Positions 42,738-54,108 are shown, counted from the stretch's first letter. The stretch: DNA of 64,000 bases from Histomonas meleagridis 2922-C6/04-290x (GCA_020184695.1 JAANOX010000003.1:71718-135717); one strand, 5' to 3'. The notes: generated from the letters alone by a model not told the origin. Numbers and translations are program-made.

Positions 42738-45404
42738 ATGTTGTACCCTTTAACTATTATTATATTTTTTGCACACACATTAGAAGCTTATAATTCATCA
42801 ACAAAAATTTATACAGTAACATCTTATTCTGATTTTGAAGATGAAGATATAAAGAAAGCAGAACATCTTATAATTACAGATGATGTATACATGATACCAT
42901 ATGCTGCATTTAAATTTTCAAGTATTATAAAAACTTTAGTTGTTGGTAATACCATTCGTGAAATTTCAGAAGAGGCATTTTATTCTTGCGATAATTTAGA
43001 ATCTGTTGAAATTGGTAATAATTTAGAACAAGTTAACAATTACGCATTCACTTCATGCAGTAGTTTAACCAAAATCATCATATCATCGGATAAACTTTAT
43101 CGTATTGGAATCCAAGCTTTTGCGTACTGTCGAAATCTTCAATCTTTTGATATGAAAGATTCTATACGATCTATTGAAAAACAAGCTTTTAGGGAATGTC
43201 CTTTCCAAAGCATCAAAATCCCACCAAATTTATATCAAATATCTGAGGCAGCATTTCAAAACTGTAGTAACCTGATAAGTATTACGATTCCATCTTCAGT
43301 TGAATCAATTGAAAGTCATGGATTTTCATCTTGTTTCTCGTTAAAAACTGTTGAATTGATATCTTCAGGAGTTTACATATATGAAGCAGCTTTTTCATAT
43401 TGTAGATCATTAACAAATATAATAATTCCAACATATGGAAAAGAAGAAATTTATACTTCAACTTTCCGATGTTGTTCTTCATTAACAAATATAGTAATTC
43501 CAAATAAAATTCGTATAATTGGTGATTTTGCATTTTCAAATTGTTCTTCATTGACAAATATTATAATTCCAAGTTCAGTTACTAAAATTGGACGTGATGC
43601 ATTTTCACATTGTACATCATTAGAAAGTTTTGAATATGAAAATTCAAAATCAATTATTGTAGGAAATGCTGCTTTTTGTAATTGTTATTCATTAAAGAAA
43701 ATAGAAATTACTCAAGGATCAAATATCATTGAAAGTCTTACTTATTCTGATTGTGCTTCAATAACAGAATTAATAATACCAAACAATATAAAAAGAATTA
43801 AATCATTTGCATTTTCTGGAACTTCAATAACAAACATAACAATTCCTAAGTCAGTTGAAGATATGGAATATGGTATATTTTCTTATTGCTCTAAATTAGA
43901 AGCCATTATAATTTCAAAAGGAAACAAAAATTATTTTAATTATGAAAATGATGGAATTGTTTATGATAAAGATTATACTGAAATTATTTTTTACCCACAA
44001 GGATTAAAATCTCTTAAATTTTTAGATACAATTACTAGTATTGGTCCTTATACATTTTCAGGATATACAATTAATCGTGTTAATATTTCAAATAATATTT
44101 CTGTTATTAGTAATAATGCATTTTGTGAATGTCATAATTTAGAAGAATTAATTATTCCTGATAATATAACAATTGGAAATTATGCATTTGAATTATGTAG
44201 TTCATTAAGAAATGTTACATTTTTAGGTAATGTAACTTCAATTGGAAGAAATGCATTTGCTAATTGTACCAATTTACCAAATATTGAAATTCCAACAATT
44301 TCAACTCTTTCATATTCAACATTTGCAGGTTGTTCAATGCTAAAAAGCGTTGTCATTCCTGCAACAGTAAAAACTATTGAAAATTGTGTATTTTTTAGAT
44401 GTATTTCATTAGAAAATATCAATTTTCCAGAAAATATAACATTTATTGATTCTTATACATTTTATGATTGTATTTCATTAAACATTATTAATATTTCTCT
44501 CACAAAAATTAATGTAATCGAAGATTATCTATTTTTTAATTGTTCATCTCTTGAAAAAATTAAAATTCCAAATACAGTCGAAAATATTAACAGTGGTGCA
44601 TTTGCAGATTGTATAAGATTAAAAGATGTAACTCTTAGTGAGAACTTAATAGTCATTGGAGTTTATTCATTTGCTGGGTGTACAGGATTAAAAAGTATTA
44701 TATTACCAAATACAGTTAAATACATACATAGCAATTGTTTTAGTAGATGTATTTCTTTAGAAACAATAAAATTAAGTGAAATTCTTGAAGAAATTTATCT
44801 CTATTGCTTCTTTGGTTGCTGTTCATTGAAAAATATTACAATACCTGATACTGTTACATATCTGGAAAGTGATGTTTTTGCACAATGCACTGCTTTAAAT
44901 TTGGCTATAATAGGTAATAGTTTAAGAAATATTCCTTCTGATACATTTTATAATTGTACTTCTTTAGAAACAGTAATCATTGGAGAAAATGTTCGGGAAT
45001 TTTCTGGAACACCATTTGATTATTGTTTTCATTTGTATTGTATATATTATTATGGAGATGTAGAACCATTTTTTGAAGATGATTATTTGTTTGATATGGT
45101 ACCAGCGATAACTGTATACACATTAGAATCATATCGAAGTGAAAAATTCAATCGATTTAATGTAACTAAACAAACGCCAATGGCAGAATGTAATATATCA
45201 GAATTTTATGAAGCAATGTCGAAATCTGATAGTGACGTCGATGATGACAATGATAATGATAACAATAATAACAATACAAACGTTGTGGCTATTGTAGTCC
45301 CAATTGTTGTGGTGATTTTGGTTGTGGTTGGTGTAATCGTTGGAGTATTAGTTTACAAAAATATGAAGAAAAACAAAGAGAAAGGAAGCTCTGAAAGTCC
45401 ATAG
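42738..45404 (+). CDS. BspA-like TpLRR (LRR_5) surface protein
   Basis: Many 23-aa IgxxAFxxCxsLxxixIP repeats; signal peptide MLYPLTIIIFFAHTLEA; acidic/Asn linker; TM VVAIVVPIVVVILVVVGVIVGVLVY. Confidence 0.93.
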   Translation: MLYPLTIIIFFAHTLEAYNSSTKIYTVTSYSDFEDEDIKKAEHLIITDDVYMIPYAAFKFSSIIKTLVVGNTIREISEEAFYSCDNLESVEIGNNLEQVNNYAFTSCSSLTKIIISSDKLYRIGIQAFAYCRNLQSFDMKDSIRSIEKQAFRECPFQSIKIPPNLYQISEAAFQNCSNLISITIPSSVESIESHGFSSCFSLKTVELISSGVYIYEAAFSYCRSLTNIIIPTYGKEEIYTSTFRCCSSLTNIVIPNKIRIIGDFAFSNCSSLTNIIIPSSVTKIGRDAFSHCTSLESFEYENSKSIIVGNAAFCNCYSLKKIEITQGSNIIESLTYSDCASITELIIPNNIKRIKSFAFSGTSITNITIPKSVEDMEYGIFSYCSKLEAIIISKGNKNYFNYENDGIVYDKDYTEIIFYPQGLKSLKFLDTITSIGPYTFSGYTINRVNISNNISVISNNAFCECHNLEELIIPDNITIGNYAFELCSSLRNVTFLGNVTSIGRNAFANCTNLPNIEIPTISTLSYSTFAGCSMLKSVVIPATVKTIENCVFFRCISLENINFPENITFIDSYTFYDCISLNIINISLTKINVIEDYLFFNCSSLEKIKIPNTVENINSGAFADCIRLKDVTLSENLIVIGVYSFAGCTGLKSIILPNTVKYIHSNCFSRCISLETIKLSEILEEIYLYCFFGCCSLKNITIPDTVTYLESDVFAQCTALNLAIIGNSLRNIPSDTFYNCTSLETVIIGENVREFSGTPFDYCFHLYCIYYYGDVEPFFEDDYLFDMVPAITVYTLESYRSEKFNRFNVTKQTPMAECNISEFYEAMSKSDSDVDDDNDNDNNNNNTNVVAIVVPIVVVILVVVGVIVGVLVYKNMKKNKEKGSSESP

Positions 45405-45739
45405 GGATTTCAGCACTAAAGAATGGGATTACTAAAGACCCAACATAAAATTTTTGTTTTTTGCTTTGAAATAAATCTCCTCTACTTATATTGAATAATA
45501 AACTTATATACAATTAAATGGTCCGCAAAATATAATTAATTGTAACATTAATATGTGTAATGAAATAATAATTGTTCAATACAATCTGAAAAAACTTTTC
45601 ATAATCATTGAATGTCATATGATAACTATTTAAGAAAAACATGATGCAATATGCAAAAAAGGTATTCAATTATAGCTAGTGAAGAAAGAAATTAGTAAAG
45701 TCTAGGCGAAATACGTCACTTTTCACTGGCCAATTTTGC

Positions 45740-47347
45740 GTGAAAACACGTTACTTAACAAAGCACAATAACATTTTGTTATTTTTCTTGGTAACAATAT
45801 TGTCTTATGATGTTTATGTTAATTCATATATCAAAACGGAATTGCGTGATGTTATTGCAACAATTGAATTGGCTATTACACAAGCAGAATCAAATTTGAC
45901 AGTTCTAGAAGGATCTTCCAGAACAACTCATTTAACATTTTCTAATAGCGAAAATTTTAAAGGATTGAAAGTTACTGAAGACAAACTTGCGAATGATGTT
46001 CAAAATGAAATCACATCAGAAACTTTATCCATGCCTCAAAGCTTATTACTGTCGTACGTAGAATCATGGGAGCCAGGTGATACAATTGGCGTGTTTATAA
46101 AAGGAAAAATATCCAATGTACCATTCATCACTCAAACCAACAATTTTTTTAATTCATCAAAAAAATATTCTTTTGTTTATGGAACATCTTTAGACATACG
46201 TTCTTATTATCCATACAATTTAATGATGAATTCATCAACTTTATTGATTCAAGATACAAGTTATCAAAGTTTAGCGAATCAAAAAGATTTAAATTTCATG
46301 CATGCACAAGCAGCAAGCTCATGCAATGCTGGGACACACGTTATCAGCTTGGCACTTACACATAAAATGACATTCTTAAATTTAAACATACATGTTAATT
46401 CCATATTCAACACAAAACTTTCTTCAGTTCCATTAATTTTTATCAATGGAATAAAACATAATGGAACATTTGATATATTTAATGGAACAGCATACATTAA
46501 TAATGGAACGCTTCCGCTTGAAAATTGGAACATTACGAATCTTTGTAATTTTAACGATACCGAAACAATTGACTGCGAAATGGTATTATTTCCACAAACA
46601 TTTGAAGAAGCAATTGAATTAATTATTATAGCATCTGAGAAAACTTATAATATAACACTTCCAATTGAGGAATTACAATCAGGTTATTCATATTCATATT
46701 ACTTTGATTTAAACCTTAGCACCAATACATTCACGCAGAGTAATACATTAACAAACAGTAATACGTTCGCACAAAGTAATACATTCACTAAATTGAATAC
46801 ATTTTCACGTAGTAATTCATTTAGTAAATCAAATACATATTTACAGAGTGATGCATATGGAAACATAACATATTCCATTACATTATCAGCATTTACAATT
46901 GCAGAGACATTTATTATCGATAATTCATTTCTCACGAATTCGTATTCTTTAACATATATAAATTTAACATATATTTTTACGCAAATGGAATTTATTTATT
47001 ACGAATATACAATTATTCAATATACTATATATCATTCATATTATTTAAAATATTATTTTAATATCGAAACGAATGATGTTTCCAACCAAAATAATAATCA
47101 AACGACAGTTATTGTTGTTTCTGTTGTTTGTGTTATTATTTTCGTATTAATTATATTATTCATTATTGTTTTATTAATTCGTAAACGAAATTCCAAAGAA
47201 AACGAAACAAATTCCGAAAATGAACTTACAAAATCAGAAGAAACTGAAAATACAAATAATTTCTCATCAGGAATTAACATTCCGCATGTTGAAGAAGATC
47301 CATTTGCTAAAGATTTCAATGAAGATAACATCATTGATAACATTTAA
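45740..47347 (+). CDS. single-pass surface protein with Bacteroidetes fimbrillin-like (Mfa-like) ectodomain; no ATG before the signal peptide
   Basis: WEPGDTIGVF, N-V-P-F, SYYPYN, LTHKMTFL, GTFDIFNG, LFPQT, LQSGYSYSY occur in fimbrillin motif order; then SNTFT repeats, TM and EEDPFAKDF tail. Confidence 0.65.
   Translation: MKTRYLTKHNNILLFFLVTILSYDVYVNSYIKTELRDVIATIELAITQAESNLTVLEGSSRTTHLTFSNSENFKGLKVTEDKLANDVQNEITSETLSMPQSLLLSYVESWEPGDTIGVFIKGKISNVPFITQTNNFFNSSKKYSFVYGTSLDIRSYYPYNLMMNSSTLLIQDTSYQSLANQKDLNFMHAQAASSCNAGTHVISLALTHKMTFLNLNIHVNSIFNTKLSSVPLIFINGIKHNGTFDIFNGTAYINNGTLPLENWNITNLCNFNDTETIDCEMVLFPQTFEEAIELIIIASEKTYNITLPIEELQSGYSYSYYFDLNLSTNTFTQSNTLTNSNTFAQSNTFTKLNTFSRSNSFSKSNTYLQSDAYGNITYSITLSAFTIAETFIIDNSFLTNSYSLTYINLTYIFTQMEFIYYEYTIIQYTIYHSYYLKYYFNIETNDVSNQNNNQTTVIVVSVVCVIIFVLIILFIIVLLIRKRNSKENETNSENELTKSEETENTNNFSSGINIPHVEEDPFAKDFNEDNIIDNI
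46721..46846 (+). repeat. 18-nt tandem repeat encoding (S/T)NTFTx stalk, 7 units
   Basis: TNTFTQ SNTLTN SNTFAQ SNTFTK LNTFSR SNSFSK SNTYLQ. Confidence 0.85.
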
Positions 47348-47627
47348 TTAAATATTATAAATGTATATGTCATTTAGAGATGTTTCATGATGCTCAATGT
47401 TTTTTATATGAGAAAACAAAGCATTTCATGGAAATATCTGTTTTTGGTGTTTACGTAATGATTTTGAATACATTTTCATATTTAGTAAATAAAATATATA
47501 AATTTGTGATTATATTTCAATAATGAATTTCATTTTAAATTTTCATTTGGTTAAATTAAGATGAAAAAAAATTGAAAAAAGTTTTCTTGAAATTTTTTTA
47601 TGAAAACATTTACATTTTATCAATTAT

Positions 47628-48036
47628 TTATTCTTTTTCATGAAGTATTTCATATATTTTATCATCATAATTTTCTGCTGCATACATAATTGCTGTCCAA
47701 AATATGTGAAATATTTTCCAAATATTGTTTTAAAATCCAAAATAGTTTGAATTATTTTTAAACATTAAATATAGATATCTTTAATATTGATGTCTATATC
47801 TTTATGTTCAAGAAGTAATTTAACTATTTCTGTCTGATTATTTTCAGTTGCAAAAATTAATGCTGTTTTAAATGTTGAAAACAATTTCCAAATTTTCTTT
47901 TGAAATATTAAAACATCTATTTAAATATGAAATAAAACGATTGAAAATCTTGTAAATTAATGTTAATTTTTTCATGTTTAAGTAATAATCTAACTATTTT
48001 TGTACGACCACAGAGTGATGCATACATAAATTCAAA
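47628..48036 (-). repeat. ankyrin-unit array 3 (orphan): three units, two 80-nt spacers
   Basis: Spacers 47946-47867 and 47776-47697 are each 80 nt; last unit ends in TAA at 47628; no N-terminal domain found. Confidence 0.85.
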
Positions 48037-48463
48037 TACAAATTTTTGATTTTTTTTCAACAGCTAGTTAATTTAATTTTAACTCTTAAAATTAAAAATA
48101 TTGAAAACTAAAAATTATACATTGCATTAATCTTTGAAATATTTTTAGATTCACATGTTAGGCAAATATAACCGTTGATAAAGTAACGTTTGAAACAAAA
48201 CGCTTTTGAATATATTCAAAATATCAAAACCGTAGTTCTGAAATTGGTCTGGACCCCTGAAAATAAAAATCCATTGAAAATTAAATTATCCTGTTATTAA
48301 AAAAATATTTTTATAATATTTTGTTGATTCTGAATAAACATATATACGTTATATCATATTTTAATTTGCTCTGACTAATTACTATTTTTTAGAGAGATTT
48401 GAGCATTTCAGTCCAAAACAACAATGTAAATTGTCAATTCAAATTTATGGATTTTAACCACAA

Positions 48464-50658
48464 ATGATTTCCTGTGTTTTGTTTTTCTTTGCTGTGACAA
48501 CCACACAATTTACTTTTGATGAAGTAATTTGTAATTCGTCATACGCATATGGCAAAGGAGGGGCATATCTTTCTTGGACTGATCTTTCAAATAGTAATGC
48601 ATATTACAAAGTTTTTCAAGGTACAGTCAATTCTAATAATGAATGGTCCGAATGGAAACAAATTAGTACATATAGGAAAGGTTCACAACTAAATGTTTTA
48701 AATGTTTACCCAAGTCAAATTGATGGTTTCGAAGGCCAAGCTACTTTAAATGCAGGTAGACATGATACATCTTCAGCTAGTTTCACGTTTGGAAATGATC
48801 CTACACAACATTTATTACCTTCATCAGCAGCTCTTAAAGTTATATTAGAAGGAGGGACAATGACGACAGAAAATGAAGTCATAAATTTTGAACCATATGG
48901 TGTTGATCCAAGAACTGGCGAGCAGGCGATTTGTGTCATACCAATTTCAATCAATGATTTTGAATTTAGTGTTAAAGCAAATCCATATTTCATTTATGAC
49001 TATGATGTTATATTTTTTGGTTCATCAAGATATAGTTCAGGTTATAATATTCTTACTACAACAGCTACAAATGTTGTTGCTGAATATATAAAGAAAGGAT
49101 ATGGTGTTTTTGCTGGGTATGATTCCATTGAAGCTAATTTTTTTATGAATGGCAATGCAGAAAGTCTACTTGCTATAAGAGATCTTTTTGGAGTTAAAAT
49201 TTTTGGAGTTGATAAAACTTTGAATGGTGAAAATATATCTTATGCGTATCACCTCGGGATATCATTAAGAGTATTACATAATGGTTTAATTACAAATTAT
49301 CCTTATGAAATTGGTCAAAAGGACACAACTTTTTCTATTTCTATAATCGGTGCAAGTACTGCAGCATCTGGAGATGTTTGGGTGTCTTTCAATAATAATG
49401 TTAACAGAGATGAATTTGGACTTCTTCATGGTTTTTACTTAACTACGAATAATAATACAGCAATGATTCAATCAGGTTTATACAATTTGAAGCCAATAGA
49501 ATGTAAGATTATAGCAAACACATTATTTTATTTAAAGCAAAGAACTTATGATAATTATGTTGAGGATCATTCAGCACAAGATTTTGAACCTCCAATAGTT
49601 AATTTAATTTATAATGAAGAACAATCTATGGTTCTGATATTGGCTCCTTATATAATTATAAAGTTGAAGCATACAGAAGGGATAATGATGATTTAATTGA
49701 TACAACTAATGAGATTGAAGTTAATGTAACTACAGGAATTAAAATGTATAAATATGTTATTACTTCTAGCGCTGATGTGGATTATAGCGAATTAACATTT
49801 GAAACTGTTAATAACTTCATTGAATTATCAAATGAACAAATTTTTAATCAAAATTATGTACACGTTGCAGCTATAGATAATGCAGGGAATATTGGCGAAA
49901 TAGCAAGTATCAAAATACTCCCATCTACGAACACATTTACACAATCGAACACATATACTAAATCGAACACATATACTAAATCGAACACATTTACACAATC
50001 GAACACATTTACACAATCGAACACATATACTAAATCAAATACATATACTAAATCGAACACATATACTAAATCAAACACGTATACTAAATCAAACATATAT
50101 ACTAAATCGATTACATTAATATCATCAAAAACGCATATAGAATCAATTTCACATTTGAATACATTTACTATCTCTAATGCATTTGTTATTTCGCAAGATG
50201 ATAGATTGTCTCATTCTTTCATTTCGATTCATTCTATTTCATTTACGCAAACAATAATTCTTTACTCATATGTATCGAATACTCAAATGAAATATTCCAA
50301 TTTCAGTTACTTTTATGTCAGTTCCATATATTATAAATATACAATTATATTATATTCAACATATTTTGTTTTTTATTCTGATTTTTTCACAACTTTTGCA
50401 CAAAATGAAGGAAATAATAACAAAGTGAACATTGCTATTGCTATCAGTATTCCAATTGCAGTAATATTGATAATTTGCGTCATATCAATATTATTTATTA
50501 TCATGCGTAAACAAAAGCAATCAAGTAAAGAAAATAATGAAGTGATTATATCCACAGCAGGAACATCAGAAAACTTTTCATTGAATGACAAACCAATGAG
50601 TATTGAAGAAGATCCTTTTGCTCAAGATTTTAAAGAGGACAATCAAATATTAATATGA
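48464..50658 (+). pseudogene. surface protein with Firmicutes-type DUF5057-like domain, split by one frameshift near 49620-49630
   Basis: ORF 48464-49696 (LNVLNVYP, YDVIFFG, FYLTTNNNTAMIQSG, KIIANTLFYLKQ); the 49744 frame is open from 49618 (DIGSLYNYKVEAY..TTGIKMYKYVI); ends with SNTYTK repeats, TM and EEDPFAQDF. Confidence 0.65.
49927..50106 (+). repeat. 18-nt tandem repeat encoding SNT(Y/F)T(K/Q), 10 units
   Basis: TCGAACACATATACTAAA-type units, directly visible. Confidence 0.92.
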
Positions 50659-51073
50659 CAATTATATAAATATTATTTTGTCATTTTAGTAAAAATATGA
50701 TTTGTTGTTTAATAGAAAACAAATTTCAAATTGTTTATATAAATAAAAATAATTTTCATGTAAAAACTTTTTTAATTGTAAATATATATTATATATATTA
50801 TATTGATTTTTCCCAATAATAATTTTCAGATGCATCTGAAGGCATTCTCTATCCTTCATTATATGTGATATAATACTCATTTATTATTTAAATTCAAAGT
50901 AACCTAAACATTTTTTAAAAATTAATTAAAAATATCTTTAATGCTATTATCTTTATTTTTAAGATATAGTTTAACTATTTTTATCTTTTTCAGCACCAAC
51001 AAATAAACGGTTTCAAAAATGACTAAAGTTGGCGGTTATAAAGGTCGATCATTTTCCTATGAAAAAAACATTT

Positions 51074-51081
51074 GACCGTTT
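51074..51081 (+). promoter_or_regulatory. M3-like promoter motif GACCGTTT
   Basis: 13 nt upstream of the ATG at 51094. Confidence 0.5.
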
Positions 51082-51093
51082 AAGCATTGACCA

Positions 51094-54000
51094 ATGTCGG
51101 AAGAATTTATTCCAATTTTCGAGACTGTTGTCTCCCAAGTTTTATCTGGCGATCAAACGCAGATGAAAAATGCGCAACAATCATTAAATTCTCTTAAAGA
51201 TAATCCAAATTCACTTTTCGCACTTTTAGCTGTCATTAATCAGTCACAATCTCAAACTTCCAGACAATATGCGTCAATCATCATTAGAAAGCTTATACGT
51301 GTGCACAAAGAAACACTTACGCCTGAGTTCCAAATGCAACTTTTTGTTCCATTATCCCAAGCGATAAAGAACGAACAATCTTTTGTTAATAGGTGTAATA
51401 TATGTGATATTCTTACTGACATGTCAATTTCTCCAGAAGAGCTTATTAATTTATCTTCACAATTGATACAATTAAATTTTTTATCTACCTCATTTTATCT
51501 TTTATATAATTTCTTTTATACTCTTGAATATCCTCAAAAAGAGGCCCTATCACTTCAATTATATCCCATTTGTGTTTCATCACTTACGAATGATGATCCT
51601 GAAGTTCGAATTCAATCATCACTTTTTCTTCAACTCCTTATTACTGAAGTTCCAGACTCACCAGCCATTGTTGGCAATGCTGAGTTTGCCCAAATTATTG
51701 AGTTCAAAGCTGCCAATTTAGCCAATATCCCCAACATGAGTCAGCGTGAAGCTACTGAACTATTTAATCTTATTGGTTGTGTTATACACAATGCTCTTCC
51801 CTGTTTTATTGAGCGCCATGTTGGTTTTGCGCAATTTACATCAGCATTTATCATACAACAATCGATTGATCCATACATTCGTTATGCTGCAATTGAAGCT
51901 CTTAGTAACTTATTTGAGATAACCATTGATTCATTAGTACCAATTCTTCCTGCAATTTTCCAAAACTGTTTAATTTTTTCTGTTGAATTATCTACAATTG
52001 ATCAAGGATCGGAAGATTATACATTTATTGGGAATCTTATTGATATAATATCGACAAGTATCGAACCCGAAGTTTATTTTGCTCCATTTTTCCAATTAAT
52101 CTGTGGATTGATCTCAACGCAAAATGAAATGTCACAACGTGTAGCAATATACGCACTTAGTTCTTTAATATTGCCAATTGGCGACTTCATTTATAATGAA
52201 GATTATATTGATCAAATCATCGAAATAATTATCACAGAGTTAAATTGTCCAAGTTTAATCATAATAAATGAAACAGGAGATTTAGTTTCAAGTTTATGTG
52301 AAGCAATACCAACAGAAATCAGTGATTATGTTGATGATATCTTTCGATTATTACTTGGACATGTCAATTTACCGAAATGTTTTCGTGCATTAATTGATTT
52401 ATTATCATGTACTACTGAGCCGCCAACAGATTTAGAAGCAGCAATACAATTTGTTATCGATTTAATTCCTAAATCATCCAAAGAAACACATGAAAGTTTA
52501 GTATTATTATTATCTAATTTACTTTATAATTATGAAAACATTAATGAAGGTATATATCAAGTTTTGTCTCCTATCATTGGCGGGTTATTATCAGGCGATT
52601 TAAATCAACGAGGTTTAGCTATAATTGTCTTTGGAGATTTAGTTCGTATATGTCCACGTTCAGTTGTTTCTGATTTAAATAATTTCTTACCAATAATATT
52701 ACAATCATTTACAAATGATGATTTTGAAACTAATCAAAATTGTTGTATTTGTATATTACATATTTGTGAATTCCAAGCACAATATTTAATACCTTCATTA
52801 GAAACTATATTTAATGCACTTGATATTATATTACAAATGAAATCTGCTAATATTAAAGTCGAAGATGATGAAAATGATGAATTTGATAATAGTGAAGAAG
52901 ATACAGATACAAAAGAAACAATTCTATTTGCAAGTTTCCATAAAATGCAAATTATTGCACTTCAATGTCTTGCGACATTATGTTCTAATTTACCACAATA
53001 TACATCAGCACATTTTGAGCGAATATTAAATATTACTAATGATATAATATCAGGGATTTATTATTCGAATGAAGCAATTCAAACACTTTCTTTACTTGCA
53101 AATGGTTATAAGGCAATGAATATTGATCCATCGCCAATTTTCCAAATTATATTTCAACAAATTTCGATTCCTAATGAAATACAAAATTGTTGTGCAGCTT
53201 GGCAAACACTTGATGAACTTATACAACTATTTGGGTTACCATTAATTAATGTTTATATTGATTCTATACACCAAGAATTATTAAATGTATTTTTACATAA
53301 AAAAAATATTTATAATCAAAAAGGTGATAAATCAGAAATATTATGGGAAATACAAAACTCAGTTTTTTCTATTCTTGAGACAATTGTTGAAACATTAAAA
53401 GATAATTCCGAGAAATATCTTGAAGATATTGTTAAAAGTTTACTTGAATTAATGCAAAATCCAAAAAAGAAGTCATATTCTAAAGCTATCCATTCATTGA
53501 TTATAATATCGACAAATGTTACACGTTTTAATGAGTTATTTACTGTTGCTTTGAATCCAACAATTAATAACTTAAAACATAAATCGAATTCAATTAAAAC
53601 TTTGACAATTTCTACATTAAATATCGCATTACATTATAATCCAAATTCTTTATTACCCATAAAAGATAATTTAATTAATTATTTATGGGAAATCATTTCG
53701 AAAGTAATAAATGGTAATAAAGAGTTTTCGCCTTTAGCTGAAGAAGCTTTCGCTTTATGGTTCTCAATGGTGCAAATTTATCAAATTAACGTGAATTTGG
53801 ATGTATTAGAATCTGTTTGGGAAGCCGCTTACTTCACAACAAATTCAGAGGTGCTAAAATATGTGGCAAATTTCGCAGTGTTATGTGGTCAATTCCAATC
53901 TGAAAAAATTAGAACAAATTTGATCATATTCGCAATTACTGTGTTCGCGTCAAATGAAAACATTATACGAAAAGTGGCACCAGACGCTTTGAGATTTTTG

Positions 54001-54108
54001 GCAGCACTTGTTACATCTGCAACTCAAGAACAAATCGCAGAACAATTAAGCTTTAATAGCGCATCAATAACACGACTACAAAATAATTTGGCTGCACTAC
54101 AAAATTGA
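51094..54108 (+). CDS. importin-beta family (importin-4/Kap123-like) HEAT protein
   Basis: IBN_N-like start (KNAQQSLNSL..RQYASIIIRKLI), HEAT repeats, acidic loop EDDENDEFDNSEED. Confidence 0.72.
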   Translation: MSEEFIPIFETVVSQVLSGDQTQMKNAQQSLNSLKDNPNSLFALLAVINQSQSQTSRQYASIIIRKLIRVHKETLTPEFQMQLFVPLSQAIKNEQSFVNRCNICDILTDMSISPEELINLSSQLIQLNFLSTSFYLLYNFFYTLEYPQKEALSLQLYPICVSSLTNDDPEVRIQSSLFLQLLITEVPDSPAIVGNAEFAQIIEFKAANLANIPNMSQREATELFNLIGCVIHNALPCFIERHVGFAQFTSAFIIQQSIDPYIRYAAIEALSNLFEITIDSLVPILPAIFQNCLIFSVELSTIDQGSEDYTFIGNLIDIISTSIEPEVYFAPFFQLICGLISTQNEMSQRVAIYALSSLILPIGDFIYNEDYIDQIIEIIITELNCPSLIIINETGDLVSSLCEAIPTEISDYVDDIFRLLLGHVNLPKCFRALIDLLSCTTEPPTDLEAAIQFVIDLIPKSSKETHESLVLLLSNLLYNYENINEGIYQVLSPIIGGLLSGDLNQRGLAIIVFGDLVRICPRSVVSDLNNFLPIILQSFTNDDFETNQNCCICILHICEFQAQYLIPSLETIFNALDIILQMKSANIKVEDDENDEFDNSEEDTDTKETILFASFHKMQIIALQCLATLCSNLPQYTSAHFERILNITNDIISGIYYSNEAIQTLSLLANGYKAMNIDPSPIFQIIFQQISIPNEIQNCCAAWQTLDELIQLFGLPLINVYIDSIHQELLNVFLHKKNIYNQKGDKSEILWEIQNSVFSILETIVETLKDNSEKYLEDIVKSLLELMQNPKKKSYSKAIHSLIIISTNVTRFNELFTVALNPTINNLKHKSNSIKTLTISTLNIALHYNPNSLLPIKDNLINYLWEIISKVINGNKEFSPLAEEAFALWFSMVQIYQINVNLDVLESVWEAAYFTTNSEVLKYVANFAVLCGQFQSEKIRTNLIIFAITVFASNENIIRKVAPDALRFLAALVTSATQEQIAEQLSFNSASITRLQNNLAALQN

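Noticed and set aside
610-50591. Many short antisense or alternate-frame ORFs in the track
   Set aside because: They are shadows of real CDSs or of repeat tracts, with no independent motifs
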